NCBI GenBank assembly: GCA_003104935.1
Contig: PQAE01000005.1
Span: 2,034 to 66,033, forward strand
DNA: 64,000 nt
Direction: 5' to 3'
Origin: Parcubacteria group bacterium
Lineage (GTDB): Bacteria > Patescibacteriota > Patescibacteriia > UBA1558 > GWA2-36-10
In this document: in pieces, positions 1 through 9,299 of the stretch
How the letters are laid out: every line of letters starts with the position of its first letter
Position numbering within the stretch: the first letter of the stretch is position 1
The notes under the pieces: generated by a model
Seen by the model: the letters and a program-made list of their open reading frames with translations, nothing else
Databases searched by the model: none
What the model was told of the DNA's origin: nothing
Made by a program: the position numbers and the translations under genes

Positions 1-1378
<1,378 letters not shown>

Positions 1379-2333
1379 ATAAAAATTTATTATGATGTTG
1401 TCAACCAAACTAACTTTGTGGAAACCACAGAGTGTAGCAGGATCTCCGCCAAAGGCGGATCAGCCTCTGGCTGAAAACTCTCATAAAAATATGTAGTTTG
1501 TCTTTTCTCGCCCTGCGGGCGAGAATAGCTCAAATTTCAAATTGAATTGAAGTGTTTTTTAAAAACACTAAAAAATTGTTGCTAAAAGCTTTTCACTTTC
1601 AAGTTGTCAAATAACCTTTTCCTCCCCGGGATCAATCCGAGGGTTAATTTTTGTTGTGCGATTCTACCCCTCGACTCCGTCGCTCTTATCGCGACTTCGC
1701 TCGAGGTTAATTTTCGCACGGCGAAAATTAAGAAAAAACAGTAAGGTCCTAAAATTTGGGCTCTACTGCCTTGGCTTAATTGCAACCCTGATTTATTAAT
1801 ATGCTACGAATGCAAATTCAATTTGTTAATTGCTCCAATATATTAAAGCATTTCCTGAGCTTTGTCAAGTGCCAAAGCTGTAAATTATACTCAAATCTAA
1901 TGCCCACGACCGGCTGGCCGTGGGCATTGTTTTCTTCGTTGTTCTGGGGGGTCTAGCGATTGACCGGTGGCCTAATCAGCCGCCGAGTATAGATGTCCTA
2001 GTAGGTCAAGAAGGTAGCACCACAACGGGCGCAAAAATTGCCTTCTGGCACCAGGCGCTCACAACGCGAGCATTGCCCATCTTGCCACTTCGCCTGATCG
2101 ACACGCGCCGCTTGTTCGAGGATCCTGGAAAGGCGATCCTCCCGGATTGAAGCCAAGACCATCGCTGACCTCCTCGTGCTAGGGAACGGACCAACAAAAT
2201 ATTATAGTCCTAAAAATTAATTTTTGTCAATAAAGTAAGAACCTGATGATACTGCGCCATGAGGAATATTTTCACAAAGATAGATAATAAAATCACTTCT
2301 CGCCCCGTAGCGACGCTTTGTGGGGTCAAAGGA

Positions 2334-3002
2334 TCAGCTTCTATGTTTACTCTGTTTATCTCGCCACTCTTTTATTTTCTGATGATGACCGGAAAATAAT
2401 ATTTTGGGCACTTTAAGCCCCCTGAACTCCGGTGGACGAGTATATTGCGGATATTCAATATTAAACTCCTTCGTTTTTTTATTATATTCGGAAAAAGATT
2501 CGTCTTGTACCGAGGCTTCTTTACCCACTACTCCCGGCACCATTCTAGCCACCGCATCAATCAAACAAGCCGCGGCCAGCTCCCCGCCGGTCATAACAAA
2601 ATTGCCCAGGGATATCTTCTCATCGACAAATTTATCAATCCGCGCGTCGATGGCCTCGTAGTGCCCGGCGATTAAAACCAGTCTCCGGTATTTAGCCAGT
2701 CTTTTGACTTGATTCTGATCCAGGGTTTTTCCTCTGGGGGTAAGCAGAATAATGCGTGTGCCTTTGGTTTTTTTGGGCACTACTTTTTTTAGTGTTTTAT
2801 AAACAGGCTCAATCTGAATGACCATGCCCGGCCCTCCGCCATAAGGTTTGTCATCGACAGTGTGTCGTTTGTCTTTAGTAACCGCCCGGATATCGTGAGT
2901 TTTTATGCTGATTATTTTTTTGGCCTGCGCCCGGGCTAAAATAGAGGCGGAAAAATAGCTGTCTAGTGCCTCGGGGAAAATGGTAAGTAAATCAAATTTC
3001 AT
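2334..3002 (-). CDS. trmD: tRNA (guanine37-N1)-methyltransferase TrmD
   Basis: 222 aa with typical TrmD sequence (MKFDLLTIFPE..., GGGPGMV, SPOUT-fold C-terminus). It sits in an rpsP-KH-trmD operon context. Confidence 0.9.
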   Translation of the reverse strand: MKFDLLTIFPEALDSYFSASILARAQAKKIISIKTHDIRAVTKDKRHTVDDKPYGGGPGMVIQIEPVYKTLKKVVPKKTKGTRIILLTPRGKTLDQNQVKRLAKYRRLVLIAGHYEAIDARIDKFVDEKISLGNFVMTGGELAAACLIDAVARMVPGVVGKEASVQDESFSEYNKKTKEFNIEYPQYTRPPEFRGLKVPKILFSGHHQKIKEWRDKQSKHRS

Positions 3003-3370
3003 TAGCGTGATATTTTAGTAAATATTTTTCTAAATCTAGAGGGAATTAGTCTGTTGATTTTATCTTTAATATAGTCTTCTATTTTTTTATCAAATTTTTC
3101 GGCCCGCTGTTTCAAGCTTTTGTCTTCTTCCGGCACCGGCTCCGGCAAATGCAGAGTAATATGTTCTGCGCGCAATTCTGCTTCTTTTTTATCGGCCACT
3201 GCCTGTTCCAGTAAGAGCCGGCGCCGGATTCTTAACAGCCGTTGATACTCTACGTCTTTTTTTAATGCCCGCGCCAAACTAACTCCCATCAACCCGCGCT
3301 GGACATAAAACTCTTCGATATCTTTTATTGTCCGGGTCATATCGTCGCTTATAATTTCACGATACAACAA
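3002..3370 (-). CDS. hypothetical charged, coiled-coil protein occupying the rimM position; no PRC-barrel signature
   Basis: 122 aa ORF between the KH protein and trmD on the same strand, overlapping trmD by 1 nt. No recognisable motif. Confidence 0.45.
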   Translation of the reverse strand: MLYREIISDDMTRTIKDIEEFYVQRGLMGVSLARALKKDVEYQRLLRIRRRLLLEQAVADKKEAELRAEHITLHLPEPVPEEDKSLKQRAEKFDKKIEDYIKDKINRLIPSRFRKIFTKISR

Positions 3371-3380
3371 ATATAAATAA

Positions 3381-3412
3381 AAAGAAAGCCGCGCTCAGCG
3401 CGGTCTTTCTTT
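3381..3412. terminator. bidirectional intrinsic terminator hairpin (gccgcgc-tcag-gcgcggtc flanked by A/T runs)
   Basis: GC stem with A-tract upstream and T-tract downstream, between convergent or co-oriented genes. Confidence 0.5.
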
Positions 3413-3427
3413 AAATTGTGTGATAAT

Positions 3428-3742
3428 TTATAATTTTAGATCGTCTACATCTTCCGTCGCCAGGGGCTTTTCCATACGAGGAGCGGATGGACGTCCCTCT
3501 TTGTCGGGCTCATAGACCTTCAGATTGACGTAAGAATTATTCTTGTTGCCAATGATCCGGAGCAGGGTGCGTAAAGCGCGGGCGGTTTGTCCTTGCTTGC
3601 CAATGACCTTGCCCATTTCTTCTGGGTTAACCTTGAGGGTAAGGAGCACGCCTCTCTCGTCGATGGTTCTCTCTACCACAACCTCGTTTGGTTTGTCCAC
3701 AATTGCCTTCACAATTGTTTCTAAAAAATCTTTGTCTTCCAT
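3428..3742 (-). CDS. KH-domain RNA-binding protein (YlqC/UPF0109-like)
   Basis: 104 aa with a GKVIGKQGQTARALRTLL KH-type motif. Conserved position between rpsP and trmD. Confidence 0.8.
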   Translation of the reverse strand: MEDKDFLETIVKAIVDKPNEVVVERTIDERGVLLTLKVNPEEMGKVIGKQGQTARALRTLLRIIGNKNNSYVNLKVYEPDKEGRPSAPRMEKPLATEDVDDLKL

Positions 3743-3825
3743 TTCTTTAATGTTAATGGTCTTATTTAAATTACTAAGAACTACTTTAAAAAATAATACA
3801 ATAAAATACCAATAAGGTCAAATTA

Positions 3826-4203
3826 CTAAGCGGTTGGAGCTGATGGTTCCGCCACTGTTTCCAGTGCAGGCGAGTCCACCGGTGCCTGAGCTTTAGCCGC
3901 CACTTGCTTAGCAGCGGTTTGCTTGGCCATTCTCTTTTTACTGATCGTCACCGCTCTCTTTTTGACGCCAGTGATGATTTTCTCCTTAACTAAAATATTG
4001 TGCACGACAGTGGTAGTCTGCGCCCCTTGGCCGATCCAATATTTTATCCGTTCGGCTTTAAATGTAGCCTTTTTGCTATGCGGATCATAGTTGCCTAAAA
4101 CTTCCAAATTATCACCATACATATCTTTGGTTTTCTCCGATACTACCAGGCGATAAAGGGGTTTTTTCGTCCGACCAATTCTGGCCAATCCAATTCTTAA
4201 CAT
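3826..4203 (-). CDS. rpsP: 30S ribosomal protein S16 with a C-terminal Ala/Lys-rich extension
   Basis: N-terminus MLRIGLARIGRTKKPLYRLVV is classic S16. Total 125 aa against about 82 aa typical. Confidence 0.9.
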   Translation of the reverse strand: MLRIGLARIGRTKKPLYRLVVSEKTKDMYGDNLEVLGNYDPHSKKATFKAERIKYWIGQGAQTTTVVHNILVKEKIITGVKKRAVTISKKRMAKQTAAKQVAAKAQAPVDSPALETVAEPSAPTA

Positions 4204-4386
4204 CTTTAGCTATAATTTAATAATAATTTAGATTTAACGGGGTGAATGTTACTATAACCGGCCATATATGTCAACCCCGTTAGATTCTGCCGCCATCTGA
4301 CGGGGTGCCCAGTCAAATTTCAATAGTTAGGGTCGACAATTTTTTGTTTTATGGCGGTTGATGTTATAATATAATAGAAAAATTAC

Positions 4387-5106
4387 ATGCCTATCCCCGC
4401 CACAATTAATATAGTCGTGCCGGTTTTCAACGAAGAAGCGGTGCTGGAAAAAAATATTTTGCTACTTTGGGAATTTGCTCAAAAAACTCTATCACACTAT
4501 AACAGCCAAATAATCATCGCCGACAATAATAGCCGCGACAACACCGCCGCGATCGGCCAAAGACTAGCTTTGTCCCGGGGTATCAAATATTTTTTTATCC
4601 CCCAAAAAGGGCGAGGCCTAGCCCTACGAAAAACTTTCTTAGAAAACCAGGCCGACTTTCATGTTTACATGGATATAGATCTAGCCACCGATTTGTCCGC
4701 GCTACCGGTACTGGTCCGGGCCCTGGTTGAAGAAAATTATGACCTAGTGACCGGTTCCCGCTTCTGGCCCGGCTCGAAAATAAAACGCAGTTTGTTGCGA
4801 GAAATAATTTCCCGCGGTTATATTTTTCTAGTAAAACTCATGTTTCGCACTAAGCTGACCGATATGCAATGCGGCTTCAAGGGACTAAATAACCGAACCG
4901 TCCAAAATATCGTCTCCCAAACTAAGGATCAGGAATGGTTTTTTGATACCGAACTACTGCTCCTGGCGGAAAAAAATAATTATCAAGTCAAACAGATACC
5001 AATCACTTGGATAGAAACCAGAAATATCGGACGTAAAAGCAAGGTTAGACTGGCTAAAGACATCTGGAAATTTGTCACTAATTTAACTAAATTCAAATAT
5101 TCATGA
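4387..5106 (+). CDS. family 2 glycosyltransferase (dolichyl-phosphate mannose synthase-like)
   Basis: 239 aa. N-terminal VVPVFNEE motif, DxD-like region and QCGFKG motif typical of GT2 DPM1-like enzymes. Confidence 0.85.
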   Translation: MPIPATINIVVPVFNEEAVLEKNILLLWEFAQKTLSHYNSQIIIADNNSRDNTAAIGQRLALSRGIKYFFIPQKGRGLALRKTFLENQADFHVYMDIDLATDLSALPVLVRALVEENYDLVTGSRFWPGSKIKRSLLREIISRGYIFLVKLMFRTKLTDMQCGFKGLNNRTVQNIVSQTKDQEWFFDTELLLLAEKNNYQVKQIPITWIETRNIGRKSKVRLAKDIWKFVTNLTKFKYS

Positions 5107-5771
5107 ACCAACAAGAGTTTATCGCCTGGAATCATCGGATGTTTAAAAAATATAACAATGAACGATTGTACTACCATCCTAACCCGATCGTTCGCTGGAT
5201 TGAAAGCTTAAGACTTAAAAAAATACTGGGTTTAGTAAAATTAAATCCCAAGGATAAATTTTTATCCCTGGGTTGCGGTGAGGCCTATATCGAGAACCGG
5301 TTAAGCAGCGGCCAGTTATATTTACTGGATTTGTCCGTCGAAGCTATCGCTCGGGCTAAACATAAGATGGTCGGCAGAGAAAATGTTAAGGAGATAAAGA
5401 TCGGAGATGCTCTGAACATAGAATATCCCGACAACTTTTTTGACTTTATTCTATGTAGCGAAGTGATCGAGCATGTCCTGGATTATAATCGGTTGATCAA
5501 TGAAATCAGCCGCGTGGCTAGACCCGGCGCTCAGATTATTATCACGATACCTAATGAAAAAAAGATCGATTTTATAAAAAATTTACTGATAAAAACCCGC
5601 GTTTTTTCTATCCTGTTTAAGAATATTCCGGTCAAACAAGAGTGGCACCTTCATGAATTTGATTTAGCTTTGCTAAAAAAAAGTACTGCCGGTAAATTAA
5701 ATATCCTGACAGCGGCACCGATCCCAAATATATTTTTGCCTTTACGTTATGTCTGTCTACTAAAAAAATGA
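5103..5771 (+). CDS. class I SAM-dependent methyltransferase
   Basis: 222 aa with LGCGEA (motif I) and an acidic motif II region. Start overlaps the previous stop (ATGA coupling). Confidence 0.8.
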   Translation: MNQQEFIAWNHRMFKKYNNERLYYHPNPIVRWIESLRLKKILGLVKLNPKDKFLSLGCGEAYIENRLSSGQLYLLDLSVEAIARAKHKMVGRENVKEIKIGDALNIEYPDNFFDFILCSEVIEHVLDYNRLINEISRVARPGAQIIITIPNEKKIDFIKNLLIKTRVFSILFKNIPVKQEWHLHEFDLALLKKSTAGKLNILTAAPIPNIFLPLRYVCLLKK

Positions 5772-6358
5772 TCCTAAAAAAAATTATAGCCTTTATTTTT
5801 CAGTCTCCTTATGTCTACCAGCTTAACCAATTCCTGTGGGCCGGTGATTTTTTTCCAAAAATTATAGAACTGGGTCAGATACAAGCTACGGAAAAGACGC
5901 TGGATATTGCCTGTGGCACCGCTAACGCCGCCCGATATGTACGCGGACAATATACTGGCATAGACTTAAATGATAATTATCTGGATTATGCCCGCCACCA
6001 ATACCCCCGAGCAAAATTTCTGTGTTTAGATTTTAATGATTTAAAATTTGATGAAAAATATTTCGATTGTACCATTGTGACCAACTTCATTCATCATCTT
6101 TCCGACACCGAGCTCGGCCAACTGCTTTATAAGATAAGATACTTTACTAGGGACAGAATGATTTTGTCCGATCTTTTACCAAACCAGTTAAATTTTTTGG
6201 CCAAAATACTATACAACCTGGATCAAGGAAATAATATCCGAACTGCTGAGAATCAAGAAAAGATAATATCCCGCTATTTTAAAATAGAAAAAAAATACAC
6301 TTTTTTTTCGCCGCGGAAAATCTATAAACATATTGTTTTTATATGTATACCTCTTTAA
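5768..6358 (+). CDS. class I SAM-dependent methyltransferase (second paralogue-like)
   Basis: 196 aa with LDIACGTAN motif I. 4-nt overlap with the upstream gene. Confidence 0.7.
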   Translation: MILKKIIAFIFQSPYVYQLNQFLWAGDFFPKIIELGQIQATEKTLDIACGTANAARYVRGQYTGIDLNDNYLDYARHQYPRAKFLCLDFNDLKFDEKYFDCTIVTNFIHHLSDTELGQLLYKIRYFTRDRMILSDLLPNQLNFLAKILYNLDQGNNIRTAENQEKIISRYFKIEKKYTFFSPRKIYKHIVFICIPL

Positions 6359-6408
6359 AAAATATGGCTACCTGTACGACTATTTTTATTCGTATAAAAT
6401 AATAAATT

Positions 6409-7920
6409 ATGTTAATTCGGTTTCTGATTTTTTTAAAGAAAAATAAATATAGTGTTGTTTTTTTCACCGTCATACTGTTTTTTTTATTCTATATTAGTAT
6501 TCACAGCTCCGGTGATTTGCGTGATGAGGGTCTGATTCTAGCCGAGACTCAGAGAATGATGAAGGGCGACCTGATTTACCGCGATTTTTTCAGCTGGATA
6601 ACACCGGGATTGTACTACCTCCTGTATGCTATTTGGACCATCTTTGGTCAGAGCTATATTGTTGTTAGGACTTTAACTGTCCTAATTGGTTTCTTTTGCA
6701 CGATTCTAATCTATCTTAATTGTCGACGGATTTTAAGGCCGCTCTGGTCGGCCCTGAACGCCGCGATCTTTGCAGTACTCTGTTATCCCCAACAATTAAT
6801 TTTATCTTACCACTGGCTGTCTCTATTATTTATTCTACTGTCTGTCTGGTTGATTAATGAATATCTAGAAAAAGACAAAAAATATTGGTTGATAGCCAGC
6901 GGTCTGGTGATAACCCTGGCTATTTTTACCATGCACACCAGAAGTTTAGCGGTCGCCCTGGCTATTTTTATTTTTTTGTTTTGGCACCGCTATCGACCAA
7001 ATGGTTGGCGCCGAGCATTGACGCCACCTCTGCTTTTTTTGCTTAGCGCGGTCCTGCCGTTTTTTTTATTTATGCTACCTTTTTTAATTAGTGCTGGCTG
7101 GACAACCCTCTGGAATGATTTAATAATCTCTAACTTATTTTATTACCCCCGGGTCGGTTACGTGCCCTTGACCGACAATCCACTTTTGTATCTTTGCCTA
7201 CTCAGTTATGCCCTAACCACGATTTTATTAATACGCGATAAACTATTTACTAACCAGGTTCTGTTTTACTATATTATCAGTAGCGTCCTATTATTATCCA
7301 GTATTTATCGCCTTGACCATGTCCATCTGGCCTATGTGCAGACAGTTTTTGCACTCCCTCTGGCTTGTCTAGCGATAAATCAGCTATCAATGCGCCGCCC
7401 ATCTAGCTGCCGGATATTGTTCGCTTCCTTTTTAATTTTTTTTCCTCTGACTTACTATATAGATAGCCTATGGCTATATCTGCAAACAAAAAACTGGGTT
7501 CCCGTCCAGACTAAAATCGGCCCGGTCTATATGACGGCCTATCCGGCGGCGCGGATGAAACTAGTCTTAGCTACTTTGGATAAAGTTCCCGCGTCAAACA
7601 TTTTCATTTTTCCCTGGGCACCTGCTTTATATACCCTGGCCGGCAAAAACAACCCTACCAGATATGATATTGTTTTTGAAGAATACTTGAATCCGCTGGA
7701 TGAGGAAGAAATAAAAAAAGATTTAACAACAAAAAATATCCAATATTTATTAGAGCTCCCCTTTGACCATGTAGTCTCCTTGGACTACCTCCGTCTGCGG
7801 ACATATTATAAGACTATCCACTATGAATTTATCAAAGATTGGGCCGGAGCAAACTATGGGGTTAAGGCCATATATTTTGGGCCAAGCTCTAGTAATTTTA
7901 ATCTCTACCAAAAGAAATAA
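6409..7920 (+). CDS. polytopic membrane protein, GT-C/PMT-ArnT-like glycosyltransferase candidate
   Basis: 503 aa and extremely hydrophobic with more than 10 predicted TM segments. Located in the glycosylation cluster. Confidence 0.55.
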   Translation: MLIRFLIFLKKNKYSVVFFTVILFFLFYISIHSSGDLRDEGLILAETQRMMKGDLIYRDFFSWITPGLYYLLYAIWTIFGQSYIVVRTLTVLIGFFCTILIYLNCRRILRPLWSALNAAIFAVLCYPQQLILSYHWLSLLFILLSVWLINEYLEKDKKYWLIASGLVITLAIFTMHTRSLAVALAIFIFLFWHRYRPNGWRRALTPPLLFLLSAVLPFFLFMLPFLISAGWTTLWNDLIISNLFYYPRVGYVPLTDNPLLYLCLLSYALTTILLIRDKLFTNQVLFYYIISSVLLLSSIYRLDHVHLAYVQTVFALPLACLAINQLSMRRPSSCRILFASFLIFFPLTYYIDSLWLYLQTKNWVPVQTKIGPVYMTAYPAARMKLVLATLDKVPASNIFIFPWAPALYTLAGKNNPTRYDIVFEEYLNPLDEEEIKKDLTTKNIQYLLELPFDHVVSLDYLRLRTYYKTIHYEFIKDWAGANYGVKAIYFGPSSSNFNLYQKK

Positions 7921-7950
7921 ACTTTTTATCAATCCCCTAACCATTATAAT

Positions 7951-8787
7951 ATGAAAAATGCAAAAATCGGTTTTATCGGGCAGGGCTTTGTGGGTAAAAA
8001 CTATGCTGACGCTTTTGAACAGCTGGGACACCAAGTCGTCCGCTATGATCTGGCTGATTATAAACATAATCAGGCGCTCATCGCTGGCTGTTCCCTAGTT
8101 TTTGTGGCCGTGCCGACGCCGAGCACCCCGCGCGGTTTTGATGACAGTATCCTCATCGCGGCGATAAACGGTGTGGCTCCGGCCACGACGGTAATTATCA
8201 AATCAACGGTCAAGTTGGGCACGACCGACAAAATACAAAAATTATTCCCTGATCTGACTATCGTGCATTCGCCGGAATTTTTGCGGGAAAAACACGCTGC
8301 TTATGATGCCGGGCATCCGGCCAGAAATATACTGGGAGTGACTGACGACAGCGACAAAAGACTGGCTAGTTTGGCCCAAGAAATAATGAGCCTATTGCCG
8401 CCCGCTCCCTATGAGCTCATCACTACCGCCAGAAACGCCGAACTCATAAAATACGCGGGCAATTGTTTTCTCTATACTAAGGTTATATTCATGAACATCC
8501 TTTTTGACTTAGCCCAAAAGTATCACTTAGATTACGAGATTATTAAAGAGGCACTTAGTGAGGATCCCCGCATCGGTCCTAGCCACACCAACATTATCGA
8601 TCAAAGCGGGCGGGGAGCGGGCGGCCATTGCTTTATCAAAGATTTTGAGGTTTTTATAAATTTATTAACCGAGGCCGGACTGAACGACCAAAAAAACGTA
8701 GCTGAACGAATCCGAAATTTAAACCTCCACTATCTGCGGGAAAGTAATAAAGATCTGGATCTTATTCAAGGAATTTACGGAATATAA
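7951..8787 (+). CDS. UDP-glucose/GDP-mannose dehydrogenase-family protein, short form lacking the C-terminal UDP-binding domain
   Basis: N-terminal Rossmann motif IGFIGQGFVGK, central-domain catalytic Cys motif GGHCFIKD (cf. GGxCFPKD). Only 278 aa against about 430 aa typical. The ORF ends at the edge of a GC-rich islet. Confidence 0.7.
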   Translation: MKNAKIGFIGQGFVGKNYADAFEQLGHQVVRYDLADYKHNQALIAGCSLVFVAVPTPSTPRGFDDSILIAAINGVAPATTVIIKSTVKLGTTDKIQKLFPDLTIVHSPEFLREKHAAYDAGHPARNILGVTDDSDKRLASLAQEIMSLLPPAPYELITTARNAELIKYAGNCFLYTKVIFMNILFDLAQKYHLDYEIIKEALSEDPRIGPSHTNIIDQSGRGAGGHCFIKDFEVFINLLTEAGLNDQKNVAERIRNLNLHYLRESNKDLDLIQGIYGI

Positions 8788-9299
8788 TTCTTACCATCTC
8801 CCTTTCTCCCCCATATTCCGACCCCGGAGGCTAGCTTCCCACACCCAAACTCGGGGTAGTTTTGACCGATGTTTAGCTCTGTGATATGGTGACCGCGTCG
8901 CTACGTTCCTACCAATCCCAAACCAAAGCATTTCAGCCCAAGCCTGCCGTTGCGGCGGGCCCTCGTTGTGTTGTCCCCGAGAAGAGAGGAGTAAGTCATG
9001 TCAGATAATCGTGTCGATAGGCGCGAGGCGCGGATCGCCGTCGCGGTCATCGTGATCTACACGGTCGTAGTCCTGGCCATTTCACTCGCTTCCAGGGGTT
9101 GTGGCCGATAGCTGATGGAGGCGAACCCATGTTCGTGACTCTGATTCCGGTCAAGCACGGGGGGCCGCCAGCAACAATGCCGGCGGCCCTGTTTTCCTTC
9201 AGGAGAGAGGGGCGTGTTGTGTCCTGCCTTGACGAAATCAAAACGAAAAAAGATAAACAAAAAAACTACTCTGAAAAAGTAGCTTTTTTTAATTTAAAA

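Noticed and set aside
1582-2197. Small ORFs (1582-1785 minus, 1920-2150 plus, 2006-2197 minus) in the trmD-16S gap
   Set aside because: No RBS, overlapping each other in a GC-rich block, no resemblance to L19 or any family. Treated as non-coding.
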